From an uncultured bacterium (GTDB lineage: Bacteria; Verrucomicrobiota; Verrucomicrobiia; Verrucomicrobiales; DEV007), in contig CAXBMO010000003.1 of assembly GCA_963977015.1 (NCBI GenBank), positions 288,001-352,000 of the forward strand: a stretch of DNA of 64,000 nt, written 5' to 3'. A program made the position numbers and the translations under genes. How positions within the stretch are numbered: position 1 is the stretch's first letter; the number at the start of each line of letters is the position of its first letter. Positions 1 to 9,900 of this stretch are shown here, piece after piece. The notes beneath the pieces were generated by a model. The model did no database searches. It saw nothing but the letters and a program-made list of their open reading frames with translations, and had not been told where the DNA came from.

Positions 1-3000
1 ATATCCTGCTGGGTTATTTCCCAGGTAGCGTCCTGTTTCGGAGTGCCTCCTGAGTTGTTGACTTCAAATCCGCCTTCACCATCCCACGGAGTAGTGGCAA
101 AGTTATGGTCCGTGCCATGTTGAAACTCATAGTGATCCGGATGTATGCCCCCCACGCCGTCCTTCAACTGCACGATGTCGGCATAAAACGAATCGGAAGC
201 GCCGTCTTCTCCATCCCACCTCACATAAAGCTGATATGTCCCAGGGGTCGTAACGGTCAGGTCATATTCGATGGTCGGATCATTGGTCGGTCCTCCGGCA
301 CTGCCACTCCCATCAGCGAGCAGTTGAACATATTCTCCTCCCCTGGCATTGCTCATCAGCACAGTGCCTTCCGCGTTCAGGTCTAGTCCGGTTGGCGCTA
401 CCTTCCACTCCGTTCCGTCCGTTGCAGTAGTGGTTCTCGCCGAATCATCTTCTCCTTCCACCACGGAAATTCCACCGGTGACGTTTCCGTTGAAAGTGAC
501 ATTCCCAACGCCCGCGTTCATCGAGAGACTCTGGCCGGCAGCATCGCCCGCCACGATCCCCTCAAAAATCACATCACTCCCGCTCGCCGAGGTATCCACG
601 ATAACATCCCCGCCGACCACGACCGTGGCGTCAAAGGTGACAACGCCACCCGCCCTAATATTGTGGTCCAGATCCACCCGCCCGATGTCAAAAGTCACGT
701 CGGCCGTAAGATCCAGATCAGTGGAAATCACGACCCGGTCGTCAGACGCTCCCAAAATCGTCAGCAGGCCCGAAGGCTTCGCGATCGTGGTGGACTCACC
801 CGCGGTCGAATCGATCGTGAGCGTGTTGTCAACGTTTTCGGTTACGGTAATGACCTCACTTTCCGATGACGTAAACTCAAGCGTCACATCTCCGGTGGGG
901 TTGATCGATTCAATCGGTTCGAGCCCCGTGTAGGTGATCGTCGACGTGCCGTTGAGCAGGATGGAGCCGTCGTTTTCGCTGGTGTAAGTGTAAACCGCGG
1001 AAGCGAACGAACCGTTCTCAATCACCAATTGGTCGCCCATCCCGCCATTGTCGCCTTGACCGTTGACCTCGATATCCACGTTCAACAGCGCAGCATTGGA
1101 ATAGTCGATCGTGAAAGTGTCGTTGCCAGTGCCTCCATTGTCGCCATTGATGACCAGCTTGTCGACTGCGTCGAGCGGCCGCGAATCGACCACGACGTTG
1201 TTCTGGAGAACCTGTACGGTCGATTCCACGATCCGGACCTGGAACTGGGTGTCACCGTTCGGGCCCTGGACCGTGGTCGGGGTCGAATCATTCGTGTCGA
1301 TGAAGGAAATGGTGACGTCGTTGCCGTCCCCGCCAAAATAGGAGATGAAAGCGTCGATCGTCCCCGAGGAGAGCGCGTCGATCCGGGTTCCGTCGGCGAG
1401 CCCCGCGAACGTGCCGGAAACTGCGTTGGTTCCCTGATTGTCGATCAGGGTCAACTGGCTTCCGTGCGAACTGCTGAACCCGCTCAGAGTCGCCAGCGAG
1501 AGAGAGACGTTGGTCAGGACCACGTCGCCGGTCACTTCCACCAGATCATTCGCGCCGCTTTCGACCTCCAGGCTCAGATCGCCGCTGTTGCTGCCTGAAG
1601 TCGAGTCAAAAACTAGATCCCCGTTGATCCGCAGAGTCGCCGTGGCCCCGGACCCGCCCACTTCGACCTCGCCCAGGTTGACGTCCACGTTTCCGGTCAC
1701 CGTGCCCGAACCGGCCAGGACGTCGCCACCGGCCATGGACAAGCCATTGCTGACGGTGAGGGTCCCCCCGCTGATCGTGATGTCGCCGACTGAAGCCGCG
1801 TCCGAATCCAGGATGGTGACGGCCTCTCCGGCCACATCCAGCGTTCCATTGAAACTGAATCCCGTACTGGAGCCGTCGCCGAGGCTCAGGGTTCCCGTCG
1901 CGGTGATCGCCGCGGTGGTCGAGGTGCCCGCGATCGGAGCGTTGATGACGCCGCTGCCCGCCAGGGTCGCGCCGGTCCCGATCGTCAGGGTGTCCGCCGG
2001 CCCGCCATTGCCGATCTCTCCATTCACCACCAGCATCCCGTCCTCAATGTCCGTGGTCCCGAGATAGGTGTTCGTACCGGAGAGGGTCAACGTGCCAGTG
2101 CCGTCTTTCACCAGGGAAACCGACCCGTTGATTTCACCCACGTAGGTGGTGTTCGTCGACTGGTCGATTGTCAACGTCGCGGCCGTTGCCGAGGTGATTT
2201 GAGAACCCGAGTCATTTGGTGTGGTGGCATCCGTGTATAATCTCGCGATCGTCTGGGCAAAACCGTTCAGGTTCAGGGTGCCGCCGCTGCTGCCGAAGTG
2301 ACGGAACGTGGCGTTGGTAGGAAGAGCGTTGGCCACTCCGAGGCTCAGAGTCCCGTTTTTCAAGAAGGTGGTGCCCCATGTGTTGCCGTCCACGCCTAGA
2401 ACGGTAAGTCCGTTCGAGTCCGTGTAGAATTGACCGCTGCTCCCGATGTCGATCGGATTGGTGGTGAACTCGATCGAGCCGCCGGAGGCATTGATGACAA
2501 AGAACGTATTGGTGCCGGTGATGCCTCCGGTGAAGGTGAGACTGCCACCGTCGGATTTCACCCGAATGTTCCCGGGAAGCGACACCTCTCCGCTGATGAC
2601 GTTGTCTCCGCTAACATTGCGCAAAGCGTTGTTCAAACCACTGCCGGTGAAGCTGATGGCATCCGCCACCGTGATGCTTCCACTCAGGTCGAGCCGAGCA
2701 TTGTTAGCTTTGTTGACGGTAGTCCCGCCTGCGGTGGAACCGAGAGCGTTGCTGTGAGAGATCGCCAGCACTCCGTCATCCACCAGGGTGTCTCCTTGGT
2801 AACTGTTATCTCCGGAAAATGCCAGAGTTCCCGATCCCGTCTTGGTGATCCCTCCGGTTCCGGCAATCGCGCCTCCAAAATTCCCGCTACTCAATGTCAG
2901 CGTCGTCGGTGTGTTGTGAACTCCATCCACCCCGCCCAGCTCGACCGTCACATTCGACCCGCCGGTCAAGGAACCGATGCTACTGTCGCCCTCGATGAAT

Positions 3001-6000
3001 TTGACGATGACGGAGTCGGTAAAGCTGCTCAGATCAAGGTCTTCGGCGCTGTAGTCGCCCTGATTCACGATGAGGGTGAGGGGTTCGTCGGTCGCGGCTG
3101 CGGCCAGAGCATCGGCAATCGTCTCAAACCGCGTTCCTGGCTGCTCCCCGGCGATCTCGTCGTCCACATCAGGAACGTCTGTTGCGAAACTACCAGGGAC
3201 CCGGAGAAATGTGATACCGTCGGCGATCACATAGCCGTTTGCCCCATTCGATATCGTTACCTTCCCCGCATTTCCGGGGGAGAATTCGAATTCTCCCAAG
3301 AAAAGATCTCCCCCCGTTGTCTGATCGACTGATCGATCGTGGGAACCGTTCATATCGACAATGGTGACCGGAGTAGTCGATGCACGATCCGCCCTTGCAG
3401 CCCATTGTATCGACACTTCGTAGGTTCCTCCCAAAAGTTCCGGCCTAAACTCCACCGATTTACTACCCTTGTCCGTATTGCCATCGTGGAGATAGCTGCT
3501 TCCCTGATAGCCAGGCGCCGATGTGCTTTGTGCCCAACTCCCTGTCAGGGTAATCGCAGCATTCCCGGAGTGGTCCTCGCTGTCCAGGACAATCTCTTCG
3601 GCAACAAAATCAGGATTGACGTAAAAAACCTGTCCGTAGGTCAGAACGACATCGTTCCCGTCTCCGCCCGCATAACTGATGTCGTAGTCGATCCCATCTA
3701 CGCTGACGGTACCCCCTTCTGCGATGACGTTACCGAGGCTGTCTTTGAAGAATCCGGTCGTCGTGCCGGAGGTATTGTTGATCAGGGTATAGGCATGGGC
3801 GCCAGTTGGCACCATAGCCAGCGATGCCACGTCCAGTGTCGCCACTCCCGCACCCAGATCCACATCACCCGAGACATTGACGACATCGTTTCCTGCTCCG
3901 GCGAGCATGGTGCCATCTCCATGGATCTGGACTTGAAAGGCGGAACCAGGAGCGAACGTCAGGGCCCCTACATCGAGGCTTTCGACAGGCGATGCCGCGT
4001 TCCCGGGCGACAGCGTGCCGCGAATCGTGACGGCCCCATCCGTGGAGCCGGTTCCGCTCAATGTGGATGTCTCGCCGATGAAATAGTCGCCTGCATTGGT
4101 GTGGGTTCCGTCGAGGATCAAAGTAGGACTGTCCTGAACGATGCCAGCCCAGACGTTGTCCAACTGTCCTTCAAAAGGACTCGAAGATCTGGAGCCACCT
4201 GCTCCGAATGCAATGAAATAGTCCAAATCTCCAGTGGCTCCATCAAAGTTCAGAGTGCCGCCCTGCTGAACACCGCCGACGAAGACTTCGTAGGTCTTGG
4301 CGGTATGATCGATGAGCAGTTCGATGTGATGCCATTCGTTGATATCCACTCCCGTTGCCAGGGTGACCAATCCCGTTCCGCTGTCTCCCGCGACCAAATT
4401 CACCTTGTCATCACCTGCTGCTGCGTCTTTTACGAAGCCGACATAGGCCCGCATATCGGAGAGACTCCTTGGTTGTGCCCCATTATTTCCGACATCCTCC
4501 ACTCGCCCGTCGATCCTTTCAGTCACTCCGTAATACCACTCACCACCATCATGAGTGACTCGAGCATCGAACGTCACGACTCCGGAGGAATTCTCCCCGA
4601 TTGCAGCGTCCTCCAGGTTTCGGTGTATTCCCCGATACGCTGTGCTTGCTCCGATTGTCGTTGAATTCAATCCGCCGTCATACCCGAAAGTCATGAAATT
4701 CCCGTCACTGTCGGACGCGACGGCCACTCTTCCTGTCGTATTTCGATTCCACACCGTATCCGCGCCCGCATTGCCCGTCGAATACGACTCAAAATCATCG
4801 GAAATGCTAACGAGACCGACCGTGGTCTCCTGGACATAACTATTGTCCCCCGCGAACGTCACGGAATGGTCTCCGACGATTTTTACGGCATCCGTCACGA
4901 CGCTGCCAACGTGCGAAATATCGCCGCCCACGACGATGTCTCCGGTATCCGCATCGAAGACCAACCCCGTGTTTTGATCGGTGCGATGGATCAACCTGGT
5001 ATTGATCGTCTGAGTATCGGTCGAATTATTGACGACAACTGCGGAAGCCGCGTCTCCTCCCTCTCCCAACATATCGAAGTAGGCCGGGCCATTGATCGTG
5101 AATGCGCCCGCTCCCGCCGCGAATTCCAGGCTGTCCGCATTCCAACCCGCAGCCGCTCCCGCCTGATCCATGGTAACGGTCGTATTGGCGGTTCCATCAA
5201 AGACAAAAGTATGGAAGCTCCCATCATCCAAGGGAACCACATCGCCATCCCAGTTTTCCTTGGTCGACCAATTTCCATCCGCGCCACCGCCATCCCAGGT
5301 ACCGATAAGGGTCGCGTAGTGAACTCCTTCCAAACTCCCCGCAATCGCCCCTTCCGCCTGCCCGTCCGAGATAAGCCGGCGTTCCCCGGTCTCGAAAAAG
5401 GCATACATGATGCCTTGTGAGGAGGAACCGTAGACATCGCTTAAGCCCAGGATGTGCCCCTGCTCGTGCAGCAATACACTGAGCAAATCCACACGGTCGT
5501 TCGCCGCAGAATCGATATCCGCGATCATCTGGGTGCTCCCGAGGCTCGCCGAGATGTATTCTTCGTCGTCCAACGGCGTTTCGTCGAGAAACCAGGTTCG
5601 ACCTGCTGCGTCAAGGTCGATCGTGATGATACTATTCTCCGCCGAGCCGAGATAATTCCCGGGCAGATCCACCACCTGGTAAACCACGTTGGCCAGCGCG
5701 AGTGATTGTTCCTCGGTCAGTCCGGTCATGCGCCATCGCTCCGCCGCCGCCTCAGCCATCCAGTTCACCATATCCGGGTTCAGGTCAGATTCCGGTGCTT
5801 CAGCCGAATACTGGCCCCATTCATCGACCTCCAGTAGGCTTTCGCCAATCACTTCCATCGGAGCCTCTCCCTCCACGCTCGGCGCTGCATCAAAGACCTC
5901 GCTCTCGTCCGTCAACAGGTAGACCTCGGTATCAAGCACCGACTCCGGCGCGGCATCGAACGCTTCCTGCGCCTCGATCTGGGACTCCGCAGATGGTTGC

Positions 6001-6206
6001 CCACTTTGCGAAGCCAACAAGGGTGCCTCGTGGGCTGGTTCGGAACCCAATTCTGCATCGGGAGTACATCCCCCATCAACCGGCGCGGCCGAGTAGAGAA
6101 TCCGTGGCTCGAGGTTCTCGAGAAGCATCCTGCTGCCTACCGGCTTTTCCGAGTCCGGTTTGTTACGGCCAAAGTGGCGTTCGAGGAAGTTCGGTTTCTT
6201 TTTCAT
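1..6206 (-). CDS. Giant LEPR-XLL-family surface/secreted repeat protein, copy B (>2068 aa, 3' end outside the window)
   Basis: ATG at 6206. Hand translation gives MKKKPNFLERHFG...LLENLEPRILYSAAP...HEQGHILGLSD...GIMY, paralogous to the head of 6962..26212. The same frame is still sense at the window edge (..WDGEGGFEVNNSGGTPKQDATWEITQQD). It contains autotransporter-associated beta-strand repeats and CBM-like inserts. It is absent from the ORF track, consistent with having no stop codon in the window. Confidence 0.93.
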   Translation of the reverse strand, partial: MKKKPNFLERHFGRNKPDSEKPVGSRMLLENLEPRILYSAAPVDGGCTPDAELGSEPAHEAPLLASQSGQPSAESQIEAQEAFDAAPESVLDTEVYLLTDESEVFDAAPSVEGEAPMEVIGESLLEVDEWGQYSAEAPESDLNPDMVNWMAEAAAERWRMTGLTEEQSLALANVVYQVVDLPGNYLGSAENSIITIDLDAAGRTWFLDETPLDDEEYISASLGSTQMIADIDSAANDRVDLLSVLLHEQGHILGLSDVYGSSSQGIMYAFFETGERRLISDGQAEGAIAGSLEGVHYATLIGTWDGGGADGNWSTKENWDGDVVPLDDGSFHTFVFDGTANTTVTMDQAGAAAGWNADSLEFAAGAGAFTINGPAYFDMLGEGGDAASAVVVNNSTDTQTINTRLIHRTDQNTGLVFDADTGDIVVGGDISHVGSVVTDAVKIVGDHSVTFAGDNSYVQETTVGLVSISDDFESYSTGNAGADTVWNRNTTGRVAVASDSDGNFMTFGYDGGLNSTTIGASTAYRGIHRNLEDAAIGENSSGVVTFDARVTHDGGEWYYGVTERIDGRVEDVGNNGAQPRSLSDMRAYVGFVKDAAAGDDKVNLVAGDSGTGLVTLATGVDINEWHHIELLIDHTAKTYEVFVGGVQQGGTLNFDGATGDLDYFIAFGAGGSRSSSPFEGQLDNVWAGIVQDSPTLILDGTHTNAGDYFIGETSTLSGTGSTDGAVTIRGTLSPGNAASPVESLDVGALTFAPGSAFQVQIHGDGTMLAGAGNDVVNVSGDVDLGAGVATLDVASLAMVPTGAHAYTLINNTSGTTTGFFKDSLGNVIAEGGTVSVDGIDYDISYAGGDGNDVVLTYGQVFYVNPDFVAEEIVLDSEDHSGNAAITLTGSWAQSTSAPGYQGSSYLHDGNTDKGSKSVEFRPELLGGTYEVSIQWAARADRASTTPVTIVDMNGSHDRSVDQTTGGDLFLGEFEFSPGNAGKVTISNGANGYVIADGITFLRVPGSFATDVPDVDDEIAGEQPGTRFETIADALAAAATDEPLTLIVNQGDYSAEDLDLSSFTDSVIVKFIEGDSSIGSLTGGSNVTVELGGVDGVHNTPTTLTLSSGNFGGAIAGTGGITKTGSGTLAFSGDNSYQGDTLVDDGVLAISHSNALGSTAGGTTVNKANNARLDLSGSITVADAISFTGSGLNNALRNVSGDNVISGEVSLPGNIRVKSDGGSLTFTGGITGTNTFFVINASGGSIEFTTNPIDIGSSGQFYTDSNGLTVLGVDGNTWGTTFLKNGTLSLGVANALPTNATFRHFGSSGGTLNLNGFAQTIARLYTDATTPNDSGSQITSATAATLTIDQSTNTTYVGEINGSVSLVKDGTGTLTLSGTNTYLGTTDIEDGMLVVNGEIGNGGPADTLTIGTGATLAGSGVINAPIAGTSTTAAITATGTLSLGDGSSTGFSFNGTLDVAGEAVTILDSDAASVGDITISGGTLTVSNGLSMAGGDVLAGSGTVTGNVDVNLGEVEVGGSGATATLRINGDLVFDSTSGSNSGDLSLEVESGANDLVEVTGDVVLTNVSLSLATLSGFSSSHGSQLTLIDNQGTNAVSGTFAGLADGTRIDALSSGTIDAFISYFGGDGNDVTISFIDTNDSTPTTVQGPNGDTQFQVRIVESTVQVLQNNVVVDSRPLDAVDKLVINGDNGGTGNDTFTIDYSNAALLNVDIEVNGQGDNGGMGDQLVIENGSFASAVYTYTSENDGSILLNGTSTITYTGLEPIESINPTGDVTLEFTSSESEVITVTENVDNTLTIDSTAGESTTIAKPSGLLTILGASDDRVVISTDLDLTADVTFDIGRVDLDHNIRAGGVVTFDATVVVGGDVIVDTSASGSDVIFEGIVAGDAAGQSLSMNAGVGNVTFNGNVTGGISVVEGEDDSARTTTATDGTEWKVAPTGLDLNAEGTVLMSNARGGEYVQLLADGSGSAGGPTNDPTIEYDLTVTTPGTYQLYVRWDGEDGASDSFYADIVQLKDGVGGIHPDHYEFQHGTDHNFATTPWDGEGGFEVNNSGGTPKQDATWEITQQD

Positions 6207-6224
6207 TTAGGTCATGGCGATCAT

Positions 6225-6734
6225 TCAATCGCCGGAGTTGGAGAGGGAATTGAAAGGAACAATCCAGATTGGGTCGGATTGTCTGACACAAAAAAAGCCT
6301 GCATTTAGCTGAAGAGCACCTGGCAGGCTGTTCGCGGGAACTAACGGGTTTTGATGAGACACAAGTGGACGAAGGGGGGAGGTTCTCTCCCACGGCCAGG
6401 ATTTACCCCCGAAAAGCAGGGAGTAACGCCGCAGTAGTCCGAAGAGAGTTCGCCCGATGGTATTGGCCCGCCGGAAGGTCTGACTGCAAATTGCCGAAAC
6501 CCGCCTTTCCCAAATGCGCAACTGTGCGCCGTCCAATTGGAGCAGCCACGAGAAAAAACAGACCGGTCGCCACAAAACCGCCGACAGCACTGTTGACTCG
6601 CGTTCCGGGGGAGCACTCGAGGTCAACACGTCAGACTGTTCCGTAACCGAGTCTTCGTCCAAAAACGTGACACGTTCCGGCACAGAGGCTACGGAAAGGA
6701 TCCAAGTTGGTAGATGTTCGCAAGAAATAACCAT
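6225..6734 (-). CDS. Uncharacterised leader ORF, copy B (169 aa; first 110 aa conserved)
   Basis: About 59/110 ungapped identities (hand count) to 26231..26734. Many changes are synonymous third-position ones, e.g. APPERE = GCT CCC CCG GAA CGC GAG vs GCG CCT CCT GAG CGT GAG. Confidence 0.65.
   Translation of the reverse strand: MVISCEHLPTWILSVASVPERVTFLDEDSVTEQSDVLTSSAPPERESTVLSAVLWRPVCFFSWLLQLDGAQLRIWERRVSAICSQTFRRANTIGRTLFGLLRRYSLLFGGKSWPWERTSPLRPLVSHQNPLVPANSLPGALQLNAGFFCVRQSDPIWIVPFNSLSNSGD
6290..6329 (-). terminator. Intrinsic-terminator-like hairpin inside leader ORF B
   Basis: Minus strand reads AGCCTGC-20 nt-GCAGGCT then TTTTTT, ~85 nt before the giant gene ATG. Conserved in copy A. 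Confidence 0.6.
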
Positions 6735-6844
6735 GTCAGCGAGCTTCCAAAGTTATTCAGCCCTGCCAATTTCGTGAATCCAGACACCCGCCTCTTCATC
6801 ACACGTGAAACTATCTTTGCCATTTGCCTCAACCCAAGGGACTA

Positions 6845-6876
6845 CGCAATCGCGAGATTGTAATCCTTTCGTATAG
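6845..6876 (-). promoter_or_regulatory. Conserved upstream motif, copy B (candidate regulator box next to a -35-like TTGCG)
   Basis: Plus strand CGCAAT-N7-TTGTA-N3-CTTTCGTATAG, with identical bases and spacing at 26940..26971. Confidence 0.6.
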
Positions 6877-6961
6877 GCGCCGGACACAGCCCCTCATCCT
6901 CTGACAGAACTCAACACGGCTTCAGGTGCACCTTTTTCATCAATCTCAGCGTTTCCAATCT

Positions 6962-9900
6962 TCAGAGTTTTTGCTCCAGCTGAAGGATGGCGTCTTCGGG
7001 AATGGTGGCGTCGATGATCAATCCGTAGATATCTCCCAGGGTCAGCTCTTCCTCCGTGCTCAATCCCGGAATCAAGCCACCTCGGAAACTTCCGGCCCGG
7101 AAGATGGACGAACTCCCTCCTTCCATCGCGAATATCGGCGAGACTTCCTGAATCGTAATGCTGTAGACGCGGTCTTCCAACGTCACCCCGGACAGGGATG
7201 CCGACCAGTTGCCCGCCGCATCGGCTTGAACGGTCGTCGTGTAACTGAAACCACCAGCTCCATCGCTGATCGTCACGACAATCTGAGCGCCCACCGCTGA
7301 GGTGCCGGCGAAGAACGGCGTCAGCGAGAATGCCGGCGGCAAGGACGGCAACACGCTGGATTCCCCACTCCGGATCGTTGACGGATCGATCACGACACCA
7401 TCCGGATTGATCAATTGTCCGTTCAGGAACTGATAGGCGGAGGTGCCATCCAGCACCTCATCGAGCCGCACCCCGGCAAAGACGCCGGAGTCGCCAAAGC
7501 TGTTCAGAAGGCTCTGTAGATTGCTCAATTCTCCAGACGCACCTTCTTTCCCGGCTGGAGTGGTCCCTGCAGTTGGCGGAGGGGTGCCCTCGGCTTCGAC
7601 TGCGGACGCCGGTTTGGCTTTGCCTTCCTGGATCACCGAAACCTGCAGGGCATTGCTTCGGTCGGTGCCGTCCTGAACCTCGACCACGAACCACCTCGTT
7701 CCCGGTGTCGGATCGCTCAGATCCTTGTTGCTGTAGGCAACCGCTCGTAACGCCTGTTCCATGGCCTTGGCCGAAACGCCGCCCGGTCCCGCCGAAATGG
7801 TCAGGGTGCCCGAGCTTCGATCGAACCTCTGGCTCAATCCGGCCGGCAAGACGATCGCAGAAAGGCGGTCCTCGTCCGGCTGATAGCCGCCGTGAATCTG
7901 AATCGTGGCTGAGGTCACCAAGTTGGCCTGCGTAACCTGAATGTTGGAAAAAAGAGCAATCGGTCCCTGCCCCACTCCATGGACCAGGCTGTCACTGATG
8001 CTGACGCCAAGCAGGACCGGTACCAGATTGTCGGACTCGATCCCCGTGAAGTGGACCGGCTGCAAAGCCGGATTGGCCGTCGGGAAGGTATAGGTCCCCT
8101 TGCCGGTTCCGGTGGAAGCAAGTTGAGGGTTGGGGCCGAGCACCACCAGCGCGTCACCGGGCAACGTCGTCGGATCGTGCCCGTGGACGGTGATCTCTGT
8201 CGTCTCGCTTGGTTGAATGCGGAAGACGTCCTCATCCTGGCCGCCGTTGATGACAGCTGCACTCGCATCGATCCGGCCGAGGAAATTGACGACCACCCCG
8301 GTTCCATCCGCCACTCCCGGATCCAGATTCACCTCAACGGCTCCGGCCGCATTCAGGACGGCCCTCACATCGAAGGTGAAATTCCCCGACGCATTCAGCG
8401 TCATGCCGCCCGTGGTCGAGGTAACGATGACGTCCGCAGCGATGTTCAGATCGCCGCTCGTGGCCGTCGCCGCCAAATCGCCGCCAACCGTGGAATCTCG
8501 CAAGTCGATCCCCGTGGCGTTGACGATCGTGGCCGTGCCCGAGGCGTTCAATGCGATGGAACCCGTCACATCCAGTTGGTCCAGGATGATGTCCGCGGAA
8601 CCGCTGGTCGTGGTCAAATCCGCGGTCCCGCCGATGCTGATGAAGCCCGCACCAATGTCGGTAATGGAGCCGGTGTTGGTGTCGATCGCCAGATTCCCGG
8701 TTGTGGTCAGGACCGCCAACGTCACGGCGCCATCGGCGTCAATGTCGATGTCACCACTTCCCGCATCGATCACAGCAGACGCAGCCATGCTCACGGAGCC
8801 ACCGGCCGCCGCCGCATTCAGCGTCACGCCGCTCGCGGTCAGGTTCTCATTCACCACGATGGTCTGAGCATTGATGACGGCCTCACCAGTCAGCGTCAAT
8901 TCACTGGCGATGGTGACGGATCCCACGGCGAACGTTGGCGTCGCGCTGGCCGCGTTAACGATCAGTCCGCCGGTTACCTTGGCCGTTGCAACCCGGACCG
9001 TAGAGGCATTCGGGCGCATGATATCAGAGCGTTCGATGCCAGTGGTCGAAAAGACACGCGAGCTGTCGCTGTCGCTGATTTCGTAGTATTCGGTGCTATC
9101 GATCGTCACTCTGGAGATCGTCAGATCATCCGAGGAATCACTGCCGATGTCGCTGATGACGAGGTTTCCGCTCCCATCGATGGCGACATTCGCGTCCGCC
9201 ACACCGCCAAACAGCACCACGTCGTTCCCATCGCCGCCCACGTAGCTGATGGTGAACTTCTCACCGCCCGTCGCGGTGACGGTGGCGCTTTCAGCCAGAT
9301 TTCTGAACATACCAGTTACCGCGTCGGCGGTCCCGTCGTTATCCACGATGACGTAGGACGCTCCGGCAACCGGTCCGCTGGTGACCGTGACCTCCAGCGT
9401 TGGGCTCAGCAATTCGCCAACTGCGCGTTGCAGGACCAGATGGCCTTCCGGTGTGAGTATTTCCACATTGTGGCCGGTCCAGCTGCCGATAAAAATCCGG
9501 TCTCCACCAGCCACCCGTCCGTCTGCGCCAAGGGCGTCGCCCGCATTCCAACGGGCCGCGATGATGTGTCCGCCTGAACCACCGGTGGCGAGAATCTTTC
9601 CGTCGCCAACCCCTGCACTAACGATGGCATCGTAGTTGGAGTTGTAGAGATCAGCTGGAGTTGCCACCCCTTCAAAGAGCGGATCGCTCCGGCCAGAGGT
9701 AGTGACAGCGGTTTCGTTACCTGCCGCAGATAGGTTCGAGGCAAGTCCGCCGGTGTCCACCCAATCCCAGCGACTGCTTCGCGCGAGAAAAGAACTCATC
9801 AGAATTGTCGGCGTTTCCAGGGTTTCCCAAAACGCGGTTTCGGCCTCGCTATTCGTGTAGTCACCGCTGTTCGTGGCTCGGCTCACGATAACGAGATCCG

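Larger units (their letters stand above)
5312..6734 (-). repeat. Diverged ~1.4-kb duplication, copy B (leader ORF + terminator + ~300-codon giant-protein head)
   Basis: Colinear DNA and protein similarity to 25322..26734. Similarity stops after GSL[DE]GxH[YF]A. Confidence 0.92.

Noticed and set aside
6597-6617. APP motif as a RAPP-type ribosome arrest sequence
   Set aside because: It is preceded by S or E rather than R and is internal rather than near the C-terminus. The RVPP in copy A's tail is not conserved in copy B.
6210-6740. Known riboswitch (e.g. c-di-GMP) in the giant-gene leaders
   Set aside because: I could not see the GEMM-type consensus, and the 5' two-thirds shows codon-type rather than stem-type conservation. 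An Rfam cmscan would be needed to exclude it formally.
6514-6777. Plus-strand ORFs over the leaders that also look conserved (SRSGGA, TESSS)
   Set aside because: This antisense frame shares third codon positions with the minus-strand ORF, and it is broken by TAA in copy A (..SHE*).
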